Notes: generated by a model from the letters alone, not told the origin. Counted from the first letter of the stretch, positions 30,197 through 40,265 are shown. The stretch is 64,000 bases of DNA from Deferribacterales bacterium (GCA_050251875.1 JBFWMA010000003.1:315006-379005); one strand, 5' to 3'. A program made the numbers and translations.

Positions 30197-32068
30197 ATGA
30201 AAAAGACAGCTTTAATTATATTTGCCGTTTTGCTTTTGTATTCATGCGGAGGCGGCGGCTCTTCCGCCGGTTCTTCCGATCTTATCGTGAGATCGGTTTC
30301 CGGTGAGTCAACAGCCGGTTCCGGTCAGTTCTATGACATCACATACAAAGTATATTCCGCCAAAGCGGAGAGCGGTGTGGTTACCAAATTCTATCTGGTT
30401 GAAGACGGCTCCTTAAAATCAAAAACATCCGAAAGAGATGATGTAGCGACTCAGTATTACATAGGGGCAGACAGTTTTAACCCCTCCGCCGGAGTGAACA
30501 CCCGGGGCTTTTCCATTCAGATACCTTCAGAGATTACAGCATCCGGATCATTTTATATCGTTGCCGATATCGACCCTGATAACCTGATAGACGAAGCGAA
30601 CGAATCAAACAACAGTCCCGAGAACAACTCGTCAGCAGTGTCCTCTTCAACAGTATCACTGGACGCAAGCACAGCGGACGATACTAACCTTATCATAGAT
30701 AATGTGGAGCTTCAGAGCAGTTCGATAGTTTTCGACAGCTATGACACTGGCGACCCGACAGCGCACACCGCTCTGGGTAATGCGGACGGTGATCACCCTT
30801 TTCTGAGAAAAGCTCATTTAAAAGGACATGTTAACATCGTGGTGGAGGGCAAGGAACCTTCCGCCGCGGAGATGAACAACGTTAAGCTGAAAGTTCAGGT
30901 GAACGTAGGCGGGACATGGAGGGATGTGGATTATTGGAGCAATACGCTTCAGACATTTTCAGGTTCGACAACTTTCGCCCTTCTGAACAGGTCTCTGGAA
31001 TCACTGGACGATGACGAGGAATCGGTTCCTATGACGCCGGAACACACTATGGATATAGATGTCAGCTTTCCGGAGGCTGTTGTGGACGACATGGTGGCAT
31101 ATGCGGCGTCCAACACCAACACATTTGAGGTCAGAGTCATTCTGAACTCTGATGATGCCGTAGCCGAAACAACAAAGGCAGATAACACATACAGCATGAA
31201 CGTATCCATATATTCCGCCGGAGTCTCCGCATCGCCTTATATGCTGGAAAACAGTTTTAAAAAGCATGTGGGCGACAGAAGCAAGATCAGGCTCGGTGTG
31301 GAGATGTATTCCAATATAGGGCTGGTGATGACCGCAGACCAGCACGGCGCTCTGTGCAGCAACGGGATATCTTTCCCGATAACTGTGTTCAAACACAGCT
31401 CGACTCTGATAGATATCTCCAGCATATACGCGGCATATGCGGATGACCCGAATAACTCCGGATATTCCAACAAAATCGAATTTCTGGGAACAGTAGTTGA
31501 TATGGATGAAAACTGGGCTCTGCCGCAGACCATCTCTTATCCTAAATCGTGGAATCAGACTCAGGAGATCGCCAACGCTGAGCTGATGGTGGGACCTGTC
31601 CCTGTGAATGTGGAGACAGGAGCCACAGGCACCATCGGATATGTGCTGTCCATAACGCTGAACTCAACAGGCGTTACATCTTCCAACCACCTGCCAGATG
31701 CCTCTCTGGGGCTTTATGCGGAGGCAGGAGTGGGAACATCGTCTTTCTCCGCCGGACCTGTGGTGGATCTGACGCTGATTGAAGAGCTTCTGAAAGTTGT
31801 CGCCTCTTCATCTTTTACATATAATTCCGGCGATGACGATTTGGATGACGGAACGCTGGGGCTGACAGTTACCAACGATATTGACGCTATCTCAGGCAAG
31901 TTCGGATTATATGTGAAATACCGTACTGTAAAATGGTGTCATAAATTCGGTGTGCCGTATCCCTGTGGAACCAAAAAGAAAAAATCGACCAAATGGATAT
32001 ATGAGACGGACTCGCTCTATCATAAAAAGAGTACACTGCTGAACGAGTCGCACTCATGGACTTTCTGA
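30197..32068 (+). CDS. large lipoprotein with CARDB-like Ig domains and a C-terminal beta-rich domain
   Basis: Lipobox LYSC followed by GGGGSS; CARDB-like signatures ADIDPDNLIDEANESNN and VAETTKADN; beta-rich C-terminal half containing MVGPVPVNV. Confidence 0.7.
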   Translation: MKKTALIIFAVLLLYSCGGGGSSAGSSDLIVRSVSGESTAGSGQFYDITYKVYSAKAESGVVTKFYLVEDGSLKSKTSERDDVATQYYIGADSFNPSAGVNTRGFSIQIPSEITASGSFYIVADIDPDNLIDEANESNNSPENNSSAVSSSTVSLDASTADDTNLIIDNVELQSSSIVFDSYDTGDPTAHTALGNADGDHPFLRKAHLKGHVNIVVEGKEPSAAEMNNVKLKVQVNVGGTWRDVDYWSNTLQTFSGSTTFALLNRSLESLDDDEESVPMTPEHTMDIDVSFPEAVVDDMVAYAASNTNTFEVRVILNSDDAVAETTKADNTYSMNVSIYSAGVSASPYMLENSFKKHVGDRSKIRLGVEMYSNIGLVMTADQHGALCSNGISFPITVFKHSSTLIDISSIYAAYADDPNNSGYSNKIEFLGTVVDMDENWALPQTISYPKSWNQTQEIANAELMVGPVPVNVETGATGTIGYVLSITLNSTGVTSSNHLPDASLGLYAEAGVGTSSFSAGPVVDLTLIEELLKVVASSSFTYNSGDDDLDDGTLGLTVTNDIDAISGKFGLYVKYRTVKWCHKFGVPYPCGTKKKKSTKWIYETDSLYHKKSTLLNESHSWTF

Positions 32069-33813
32069 AAAAATATCTGTTAATCTTCATAGTATTTATC
32101 ATAGCTCTGTCTGTATCCTTCTTCATTTTTATGGAGAAGGAGCAGACGGGGATCTCAGCATCTGAAGTGGCGCCGGAGCGTTTTAGTAAGGGTGCGTACT
32201 TCTTTAGATACAGTATGTCCGGCGATATTGTTTTCCGCCTGACAGAAGAAGAGACAAGAACATCTGTAAGCGTTGACGGAACCCTGCAAATGCGGGTTTA
32301 TGATGTTCAGGATAAGGTTGTTAAGGCAGGGTTCTGTCTGAGCCCCGTATCTGTAATGACAGGCGGCGGACGTGACGCCGGGCTGGAGATGCTGTATTCC
32401 ACACATTTTCTGGCGGATATGGATATGGACGGGCGTTTTATCCGGTTCTATCTGCCATCGGGGATAGCGCATGCAGAGGCGAAGGCGCTGAAAAATCTGA
32501 TGCAGTCGCTGGAAGTGATTTTTTCTGAAGACGAGAGCTATACGGAGGAGCAGACGGACGCTCTGGGTTCATATCAGGCACTATATGAGATGAACGGAGC
32601 TACTGTGAACAAAACCAAAAAAACATATGACAAAGTCACAGCGTCATATTTAGGTTACGATTCGCTGAGCATTCATCCACGGGAGTTTTCGTGTGCTTTT
32701 ACCCCTGCGGTCGATGGCGGATGGCTTGATTCAGTATACATCAGGGAAACGCTGGATATCTCTGCCGGAGGGCGGGACATTGTGTCGGCGCATACGAAAA
32801 TATCTGTTCAGAGACGGACAGGAATCAGATTGTCTGTCAGCGGTCTGAAAGACAGCTATGAGGAAGAGAAACAGGCTCTTCAGACCGGAAAACATGAACC
32901 GGCAGCAGAGAGATCCGGTGATGTTTTTGATCTGAAGAATATCGGTGATAAAAATTCCAGAGAGATTTCGATAGAGTTTAAGAGATATATAATACAGAAC
33001 CCGGAATATACCGCACAGATACCGAAAATGCTGAAAAGAGAGGCTCTGACAGACGCTCAGCGCAGAGAGATAATCAATGTGCTCGGTCTGGCTGGAACAG
33101 AGGTGGCTCAGAAGGCGTTGACCGATATTTCATCTGATGCATCCCAGAGGGGTGAAGACAGATTCCGCGCGGCGGTGTCTATGGGGTCAGTGGATGTTCC
33201 GCTGACTGATGGAGCTGAACGATATCTGCTCAGCCAATGTGGTAAGGCGGCTTATGATAAAACCGGCGCTGCGGCAGCGGCTGTTCTTTCGGCTGGTTCT
33301 GTCGTGAAAAACCTCAGAGAAAACTATCCGGAAGAGGCAAAAGCTCTGGCGGATAAGATTGTTTACGAACTGCGTTCGGCTGATGAAAAAAATATAAACT
33401 ATGTGCTCGCTTCACTTGGGAATACCGCTATGGCTGAGTATGAGGATGTTATAACTCCGTATCTGGACAGCGGCAGTCCGCAGACAAGAGCGGCAGCGGC
33501 GGAATCTCTTAAATATATGCCGGGAGAGAGTGTTAGTGAAACGCTTGGCTCAATGCTGACGGATGGTGATGCGCTGGTGAGAATGGCGGCGGCAAGAACA
33601 CTAACCGCCAGAACTGTGAACGCATCGGTAATCAGTGATGTGATATCCGTGAGCCGGACAGAGAGCAACACAAACGTCCGCCACGATATAATAAAGATAC
33701 TTACGGCGGATAAGGATAATCCAGCCGCGGCGCAGGCTATGCGTGATATGCTGGCATCGGAAAAATCAAAGGAAAACATAAAAATGATTCTGGAAGCCGT
33801 GGGAACGGATTGA
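32056..33813 (+). CDS. membrane-anchored Vitellogenin_N/MTP-like lipid-transfer-domain protein with HEAT-like repeats
   Basis: N-terminal TM; beta region with FLADMDMDGRF, LKNLMQSLE, EQTDALGSYQALY and KTKK; helical region with LGLAGTEVAQKAL and LASLGNTA, followed by HEAT repeats. Confidence 0.7.
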   Translation: MDFLKKYLLIFIVFIIALSVSFFIFMEKEQTGISASEVAPERFSKGAYFFRYSMSGDIVFRLTEEETRTSVSVDGTLQMRVYDVQDKVVKAGFCLSPVSVMTGGGRDAGLEMLYSTHFLADMDMDGRFIRFYLPSGIAHAEAKALKNLMQSLEVIFSEDESYTEEQTDALGSYQALYEMNGATVNKTKKTYDKVTASYLGYDSLSIHPREFSCAFTPAVDGGWLDSVYIRETLDISAGGRDIVSAHTKISVQRRTGIRLSVSGLKDSYEEEKQALQTGKHEPAAERSGDVFDLKNIGDKNSREISIEFKRYIIQNPEYTAQIPKMLKREALTDAQRREIINVLGLAGTEVAQKALTDISSDASQRGEDRFRAAVSMGSVDVPLTDGAERYLLSQCGKAAYDKTGAAAAAVLSAGSVVKNLRENYPEEAKALADKIVYELRSADEKNINYVLASLGNTAMAEYEDVITPYLDSGSPQTRAAAAESLKYMPGESVSETLGSMLTDGDALVRMAAARTLTARTVNASVISDVISVSRTESNTNVRHDIIKILTADKDNPAAAQAMRDMLASEKSKENIKMILEAVGTD

Positions 33814-34117
33814 TAAACACAATAATAAGAGACCAGGTAGATCTGTAATCCAACCGCCAATCTGAGCACATGTATATTGGTAATGATCAAAGCTGTTATT
33901 TTAGCTATAACCACGATATAGGTCTGGTAAATAAGCAATGGACAATTCCGTATACCATGATATGTAAATGCAAGTAGCTCTACCACAATTATAATATAAA
34001 TTAAAACTCTTTTATTAATTTTGCTCAATAAGAATCATCAGTATAATAAGTGATATTTAATATACATTTTGATGATAATGTTGTTATAATTGCAAATATA
34101 TTTAAGAGAGGTTAATA

Positions 34118-35962
34118 ATGCCGTCGCCATTAACTAATTACAGAATATTTATTGCATCACCGGGCGGACTGAGTGAGGAAAGAGAAATTTTTAGAAAAGT
34201 TATTGAGGAATATAATCATTCAGAAGCCAATCATAGAAATATACACTTTACAGCAGTTTGTTGGGAATACACTCTTGGGGGTGTTAGACGCCCACAGGAA
34301 AAGATTAATCAAGAACTAAAGGAGTGTGATTACTGTATATTAGTACTGCATGACAGATGGGGACAGGTGCCAACCAGAGAGGACGATGAACAAAAATATA
34401 GTGCTGGAACAGAAGAGGAATATCACGTTGCTCTAGAGTGCCTAAAAGATCCAAAATATGAAATGAAAGATATAATATTATTTTTTAAATCGGTAGATGA
34501 CAGGCAGTTAAGTGACCCTGGTGAACAGCTTAAGAAGGTAATAGAATTTAAGAAGAAAATAGAAAAAGAAAAAGCAATCTTATATGATACTTTCGATACT
34601 CCACAAGCATTTAAAGATTCCTTGTTAAAGTATCTGGCGCGTTGGGTTCGTGATGCGGAGGATACTGATCTTACACATGAAACTTTCAGAGTACAGAGAA
34701 GAATTTATAAAGGCGATTCTTCCCAAACATCTAAAAATGAACTTCTTCAGAAAGCAGAACAACTCGCTGAAGAAGGTAAGATATTTGAGGCTGAGCTTGC
34801 TTTTTCAATTTTAGCTGTTCGAAAAGATGATCCTTTGGCGTTATGTAAATATGGGCGTTTGTTAAGAAAAACAGGACAGTATGATAAATCTAAATCTATC
34901 CTTGAAGAAGCTATTAACTTATCAAGTAAGTTTGATAATTTTCATGCTAAAGCCTACTCCTTGAGACAATTAGGTAAAATCTTTGAATCAAAGGGGGATA
35001 TGCAAAAAGCAAAAGAAACTCTCTACCAAGCGCTTGCAATAACAAAAGAAATTGATGAGTGGGAAGAGGAGGGTAAGGTTTTGAGAACTTTAGCTTCTAT
35101 TGCAAGAAAAGAGGGTCACAATAAAGAAGCAGAAAGTTTGTTGAAAAGAGCTCTTGCAATTTACGACTTAAAGAATGATGTAAGTGGCAAGGCTACAGTT
35201 TTCGGACATCTTGGATTGTTATACAGAACAAAAGGTTTTTATGGTGAAGCAATAAAGCAATATAAGGCATCATTGGATGAGCATATGAAACTTGAAGACA
35301 GTCACGCTATCGCTATTGTCAAAGGGAATCTTGGTGTAGCTTGTAGGACCATTGGAGAATTGGATGATGCTTACAAGTATCATCATGATGCTCTCGAATA
35401 TTTCAAATCGACACAAATAATACAGGGGATGTCCAGAGAGTTGAGCAATTTAGGGATTATTCATCGAGAAAGGAAAGAGTATGAGAAAGCGACAGCATAC
35501 TTTAAGCAAGCTTTGTCTACTTCAGAACAACTAGGGAATAAGCAAGGAATAGCTATACAGTATGGTAATTTAGGATCTATAGCTAAGCTAAATGGTGACT
35601 TAGATAAAGCTGAAGACTATTTCAATAAGGCATTATCAATGAGCGAAGAAACTAACAGTGATCGTGGGATTGCATCAAATTATGAAAGACTTGGAGTGTT
35701 GTATATGGATATTGGGAGGTTGGATTCATCTCTCCAGATGTTACTAAAAGCTCTCCAGTATAATCAAAAAATTGATTCAACTTATGGGGAATATAATGTT
35801 AACAAGGAACTTGGTAACTTGTTTTGTATAAAGAAGGAATCCGATAGTGCTAGAAATTATTATGAAAGAGCACTCACTCTCGCAAATTCGCTTAAATTAG
35901 AAAAAGAGCTTTCAGATATAAAGGACAAGCTCCAAAAAGTTTCAGAAGGGTGTGCAGGTTAG
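34118..35962 (+). CDS. DUF4062 (TIR/NDT-like) domain plus TPR-array protein
   Basis: RIFIASPGGLSEER, CDYCILVLHDRWG and GTEEEY; about nine to ten TPR units of the xNLGxxxxxxGxxDxAxxYxxxAL type; visibly AT-rich. Confidence 0.8.
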   Translation: MPSPLTNYRIFIASPGGLSEEREIFRKVIEEYNHSEANHRNIHFTAVCWEYTLGGVRRPQEKINQELKECDYCILVLHDRWGQVPTREDDEQKYSAGTEEEYHVALECLKDPKYEMKDIILFFKSVDDRQLSDPGEQLKKVIEFKKKIEKEKAILYDTFDTPQAFKDSLLKYLARWVRDAEDTDLTHETFRVQRRIYKGDSSQTSKNELLQKAEQLAEEGKIFEAELAFSILAVRKDDPLALCKYGRLLRKTGQYDKSKSILEEAINLSSKFDNFHAKAYSLRQLGKIFESKGDMQKAKETLYQALAITKEIDEWEEEGKVLRTLASIARKEGHNKEAESLLKRALAIYDLKNDVSGKATVFGHLGLLYRTKGFYGEAIKQYKASLDEHMKLEDSHAIAIVKGNLGVACRTIGELDDAYKYHHDALEYFKSTQIIQGMSRELSNLGIIHRERKEYEKATAYFKQALSTSEQLGNKQGIAIQYGNLGSIAKLNGDLDKAEDYFNKALSMSEETNSDRGIASNYERLGVLYMDIGRLDSSLQMLLKALQYNQKIDSTYGEYNVNKELGNLFCIKKESDSARNYYERALTLANSLKLEKELSDIKDKLQKVSEGCAG

Positions 35963-36037
35963 GAGTTAGGCACAAATAAGGCGCACTCCAAAATCAGCGG
36001 CTACAACTTGTTCGTAAATTAGCTGATTAAAATTTTT

Positions 36038-36133
36038 TGGCGGAGGCGCACAGGAATCGAACCTGCCTGACGCACAAGTACGTCACAGTCGGTTTTGAAG
36101 ACCGCGGGGGGCACCAGCCGCCCAAACACCTCC
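36038..36133 (-). tRNA. selC: tRNA-Sec (anticodon UCA)
   Basis: GGAGGTGT...CTTCAAA...long variable arm...GGTTCGATTCCT...CCTCCGCCA; extended acceptor stem, UCA anticodon, encoded CCA. Confidence 0.95.
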
Positions 36134-36142
36134 GGAATGTAT

Positions 36143-36556
36143 CTAGGCTATCAGCCCTCTGATCTTCTCCGCCAGAGCGCCCATCTCGTCAAAGCCGGAA
36201 TATTCGGCGTGTCTGGTGGCAAATTTCAGTCCGTCATCTTTGAATCTGGGTATCACATGCAGGTGAGAGTGAAAAACCTCCTGTCCCGCTTCAGCTCCGT
36301 TGTTCTGAACCACGTTCACGGCATCGCATCCGGTGGCTTCTTTAACAGCTTTTGCCACCTTCGCCGTAACAGCGTATATAGCCTGTGATTCTTCCGCCGG
36401 AGTGTCGAATATATTTACAAAGTGCTTTTTCGGCACGATAAGAGCGTGTCCCTTGTGAACAGGTCTGATATCCAGAAAGCCGATGAACAGCCCGTCTTCA
36501 TAAATTTTGCTGCAAGGAATTTCCCCCGCCACTATTTTACAGAAAATACAGTCCAT
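36143..36556 (-). CDS. HIT family protein
   Basis: DCIFCKI and the histidine triad HSHLHVIPR; AGGAGG before ATG 36556. Confidence 0.93.
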   Translation of the reverse strand: MDCIFCKIVAGEIPCSKIYEDGLFIGFLDIRPVHKGHALIVPKKHFVNIFDTPAEESQAIYAVTAKVAKAVKEATGCDAVNVVQNNGAEAGQEVFHSHLHVIPRFKDDGLKFATRHAEYSGFDEMGALAEKIRGLIA

Positions 36557-36687
36557 GACTTTCACCTCCTTAATAGAGCGGGTATTTTAGCATTTTCGCG
36601 TCTGAAAACAAGAAATAAACTGTAACTATCTGTTGAAAAGGTCATAAAATCTTTCTATACTTAGAAAATTAGTAAGGATGGTCAGCC

Positions 36688-37275
36688 ATGTCAACGCCCG
36701 GAAGACTTGAACATCAGCTGGATGTCACCTACAGATATTTTTCTCATCACATACGCACATGCACTTCTGTGGTTGTTGCCATGCTGGATGTGGTGGCGGA
36801 GGGGCTTACAGACGACTCCATGACCGCTATGATTATGGAATCCGGCTATCTGCTGGATATCTATGACAGGGGCATGAGCGTCTGCTTCAACCATATCCTG
36901 GGAAAAGCTCACGAAGCCGAGATCGAGAAGGTCGATATAGGTCACCTGCTGGAACTCTACATAAAAAACGCCGTGTCCGAAGAGACGCCGGCTGAGATTA
37001 TACACAACATAGAGGGCATGCATCTGCGATGCGACGCTTATTCATTTAAAAGTATTTTTCAGATACTCTGCCAGGAGGGTTTGTCCTCCGCAAAAAAACA
37101 ACTGAGGATACAGCGCAGCGGCAGCACGCTATCTATAAGCCCGGACAATGGATTTAACGAAGTACAGCAGATATTCGACATATTTGCTGAAGTGCTGAAA
37201 AAATCCGGAATAATAATGGAGTTCGATAAAACTTCTATAACTCTGAGGTTTACAGATGAAAGTATTAATAGCTGA
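36688..37275 (+). CDS. putative histidine phosphotransferase / degenerate kinase
   Basis: H-box-like FSHHIRT with no sensor domain and only an eroded ATPase-like tail; overlaps a receiver gene. Confidence 0.5.
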   Translation: MSTPGRLEHQLDVTYRYFSHHIRTCTSVVVAMLDVVAEGLTDDSMTAMIMESGYLLDIYDRGMSVCFNHILGKAHEAEIEKVDIGHLLELYIKNAVSEETPAEIIHNIEGMHLRCDAYSFKSIFQILCQEGLSSAKKQLRIQRSGSTLSISPDNGFNEVQQIFDIFAEVLKKSGIIMEFDKTSITLRFTDESINS

Positions 37276-37612
37276 CGATGAGCTTCGTCTGCGAAAGGTT
37301 GTTTCGCTCCACCTGAAGAAGAGCGGATTTGACGTATATGAAGCAGGCAACGGACAGCAGGCGGTGGACATGGCGAAGGACATATCGCCGGATGTCATCG
37401 TGCTGGATGTTATGATGCCGGAGAAGACCGGGCTGGAGGCCTGCGCGGAGCTGAAAGGCACTGACATGTTTAAAGACACCCCGGTCATCCTGCTCACCGC
37501 TATGGCTGAGAGCGAAGATATCAAAAAAGGCAAAGAGGCTGGAGCGGACGAATACCTTACCAAGCCGTTCAGCCCTAAAGAACTTATAGACATGATAAAA
37601 AGCAGGTTCTAA
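37256..37612 (+). CDS. single-domain response regulator
   Basis: LIADDE, LDVMMP, LTA and KPF. Confidence 0.93.
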   Translation: MKVLIADDELRLRKVVSLHLKKSGFDVYEAGNGQQAVDMAKDISPDVIVLDVMMPEKTGLEACAELKGTDMFKDTPVILLTAMAESEDIKKGKEAGADEYLTKPFSPKELIDMIKSRF

Positions 37613-38706
37613 TGAAGGTTCTCTTTATCGGATCCGCAGAGAGCAGAGCGTTTTTTCAGAAGGCGCTCACAGGGCATGCCGAACTGACAGCGGACAAGAA
37701 CGCGGATGCCTGTGTGGTGGAAGTTTCAGACGCTTCCACACTTTTTCGCCTGCCGAAGAAATTCGGCGTTCCCACATTCTTTTACATCACCAAAAAAGAC
37801 AGACAGATTCTGGAAGCCCTGAAAGATTTTAAAATTACCGGGATTTTCTTTCCTCCTCTGAAGGAGGAAGACGTGGTGAAAAAGCTGACCGATGGACACA
37901 AACAGCCAGAAACAGCAAACGGCGGAGAATATGACACTCTGAAAGCGAAAATAATAGCGAAGGCGGAGAATATCCCCCCTCTGCCCGCATTGGCAAGAGA
38001 GCTGGTGCGTCTCACACGCAACGACAAAACGAAAATGAAAGATTTCGTGGATCAGATAAAGAAGGATCAGGGGCTCAGCTCCCGCATTATAAAACTGGTT
38101 AACTCCCCTTTTTACGGACTTCGTCAGGAGATATCCAGCATAGACAGAGCCACTGTTCTGATGGGGCTCAACACAGTGAAAAACCTGGCTCTGGCGGTTT
38201 CCACCGAGTCATTTTACAATAAAAACTTCAGCCTGCTGAAAACAACAGGTCAGGAGATATGGCAGCACAGCTTCATGGTCGCCATGCTGTGCGAGGCGAT
38301 AGGCAAGGCGGCGGGAGAGGACGAAGACGCTCTCTATCTCGCCGGGCTGATGCACGACATGGGGAAGACAGTTATCGTTGACTTTCTGGTGAAAGAGGCG
38401 GTGACTATAGAGGACGAGAGGGCTCAGCTGGGTACAGACCACTGCGCAGTGGGCGAGCTGGTTCTGACGAAATGGTCGGTGATAAAGAGCATCGCCGAAG
38501 CTGTGCGGGGTCATCACGAAAAAGGCAGGGACAGATTCTCTCAGATACTCTATTTCGCCAACCAGATGCACAAGGCAAAGAATATCGAAGACGTGCACGA
38601 TCTGATAGATGACTGCGCTCTGGCGATGGAGCTTCCTCCGGAGGCTATCAGCTCTGTGGTTCTGCCCATTCTGGAAACAGAGGAGGAAGAAGATGCAGCT
38701 TCCTGA
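37612..38706 (+). CDS. HDOD domain protein
   Basis: IPPLP, DQGLSSRIIKLVNSPFYG, WQHS and AGLMHDMGK. Confidence 0.9.
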   Translation: MKVLFIGSAESRAFFQKALTGHAELTADKNADACVVEVSDASTLFRLPKKFGVPTFFYITKKDRQILEALKDFKITGIFFPPLKEEDVVKKLTDGHKQPETANGGEYDTLKAKIIAKAENIPPLPALARELVRLTRNDKTKMKDFVDQIKKDQGLSSRIIKLVNSPFYGLRQEISSIDRATVLMGLNTVKNLALAVSTESFYNKNFSLLKTTGQEIWQHSFMVAMLCEAIGKAAGEDEDALYLAGLMHDMGKTVIVDFLVKEAVTIEDERAQLGTDHCAVGELVLTKWSVIKSIAEAVRGHHEKGRDRFSQILYFANQMHKAKNIEDVHDLIDDCALAMELPPEAISSVVLPILETEEEEDAAS

Positions 38707-40255
38707 CAGGATGCTGGAGACACTTTTTACATCCGGCGTTCAGGATCTTTTTCACGGACTCAGAGAACTTCTGGAAGCGAAATGGTTCGTTCCGTTCACC
38801 ATATGGCAGACAGAATCGAATATCTGCTCACCCGTCACAGGACATTATAAAAACGCCGAAGGACGTTATGACATCCACGATATGGGATATGACGGCAGGG
38901 CATGCAACAGAAACACCATCGTTCTCGAGTTCTTCGATGAGCGGATAGAAAATAAATGCACCGTATTTTTCACATACATGGGAGGCGTTTACGGCGCCGT
39001 CACATTTCACGAAACACCTGAGGAGAGTCAGCTCTGCTGTCTGGAAAACGTCAGCGGATATCTGGGTCAGCGTCTGGCGGAGCTGGTAGCCAGAGAGCGC
39101 AACATCAACGTATATGTGGACTATCAGAAAAAACTGGAATTCGTGAAGCAGAGCAGCAGGATACTCCGGGCGGTGGAACTGGACGAAGTGGTGGCTATGG
39201 CTCTCACTTTCTTCATGGATGTTTTCAGCGCAGAGGCGGGATGCGTTCTTCATGGTGACGATTTCAAGGGATTCGGGATAGAGACGGACGATATCAAAAA
39301 ACATATTACCATCTCCGACATGTCCGCCTATGACTATGCGGTGAAGACCGGATTCACAGAATTTGTCGAGGAACATATAGAGTGTTCCAAGTTCAACATA
39401 GATAACGTCTTTATCATTTTTGAAGAGACCAATAATATTCATATTCTGCTTTTCAACATACACTTTGACGTGATACCGGATAAGGAGTTCTCCGAGCTGG
39501 TATCGTCCATCGTTTCCACGGCTGTGGAAAACGCCGTCTATCACCAAAAGATGACAAAGCTGAAAGTTCAGGAATCGGAAATGACCGCCACGGGCGAGAT
39601 TCTGAACAAATTTGTTTCTCAGAGGATTTCCGCCGACAGAAATTTCAGCATCGAGGGGATCAACTTCCCAGCGCGTTCCGCCGGGGGCGACTATCTGCTG
39701 GCTAAGGACACTGACGAAGGCACTTTCTTCTGCATAGCGGACGTATGCGGCAAGGGATATTCGGCGGCTGTGTTCACCGTGGTTCTGAGCGTGTTCACAG
39801 AGAATGCCGAGCATTTTGCCGCTGACAAGGCTTTGGACAAAATGACAGACGCGCTGAACAGATTCATCCTCAGCAAAAACTTCGGCGACAGATTTATCAC
39901 GGCGTTTTTCGGATTCATATGTAAAAAGACTAAAGAACTGAAATATCTGTCATGCGGGCATGAGCCCATCATGCACTTTTCTGATAAAAACACTAAGATC
40001 ACATCGGATTTTCTTCCCATAGGGCTGATGGAAGAACCGTATCAGGTGAAATCCGTAAATCTGAAAGACGGCGACTGCCTGTTTCTCTATACTGACGGGC
40101 TCATAGAGTATATCGATGAGGACTCTCTGATGAATGCGGTCAAACAGCTTGCAGAATCCGGCAAAGAAGCTATACTGGATACCCTGTATAAGGTGCTGGT
40201 GAAAGACACCGCCATGCAGAAAGACGATTTTACCTGTATGATTATCAGGGTTTAA
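38693..40255 (+). CDS. PP2C/SpoIIE family phosphatase with N-terminal GAF-like regions
   Basis: GGDY, IADVCGKG, SCGH, LYTDGL and DDFT; start set at ATG 38693, after GGAGG. Confidence 0.88.
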   Translation: MQLPDRMLETLFTSGVQDLFHGLRELLEAKWFVPFTIWQTESNICSPVTGHYKNAEGRYDIHDMGYDGRACNRNTIVLEFFDERIENKCTVFFTYMGGVYGAVTFHETPEESQLCCLENVSGYLGQRLAELVARERNINVYVDYQKKLEFVKQSSRILRAVELDEVVAMALTFFMDVFSAEAGCVLHGDDFKGFGIETDDIKKHITISDMSAYDYAVKTGFTEFVEEHIECSKFNIDNVFIIFEETNNIHILLFNIHFDVIPDKEFSELVSSIVSTAVENAVYHQKMTKLKVQESEMTATGEILNKFVSQRISADRNFSIEGINFPARSAGGDYLLAKDTDEGTFFCIADVCGKGYSAAVFTVVLSVFTENAEHFAADKALDKMTDALNRFILSKNFGDRFITAFFGFICKKTKELKYLSCGHEPIMHFSDKNTKITSDFLPIGLMEEPYQVKSVNLKDGDCLFLYTDGLIEYIDEDSLMNAVKQLAESGKEAILDTLYKVLVKDTAMQKDDFTCMIIRV

Positions 40256-40265
40256 GGGGATTTAC

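Noticed and set aside
30245..30256. GCGGAGGCG match to the tRNA-Sec 3' end as a possible attL
   Set aside because: It is a short match inside Cys-Gly-Gly codons of a lipoprotein linker and is likely coincidental.
33399..34028. 209-aa minus-strand ORF
   Set aside because: Two thirds of it is antisense to the lipid-transfer-like gene and the rest is AT-rich intergenic sequence, with no RBS or motif.
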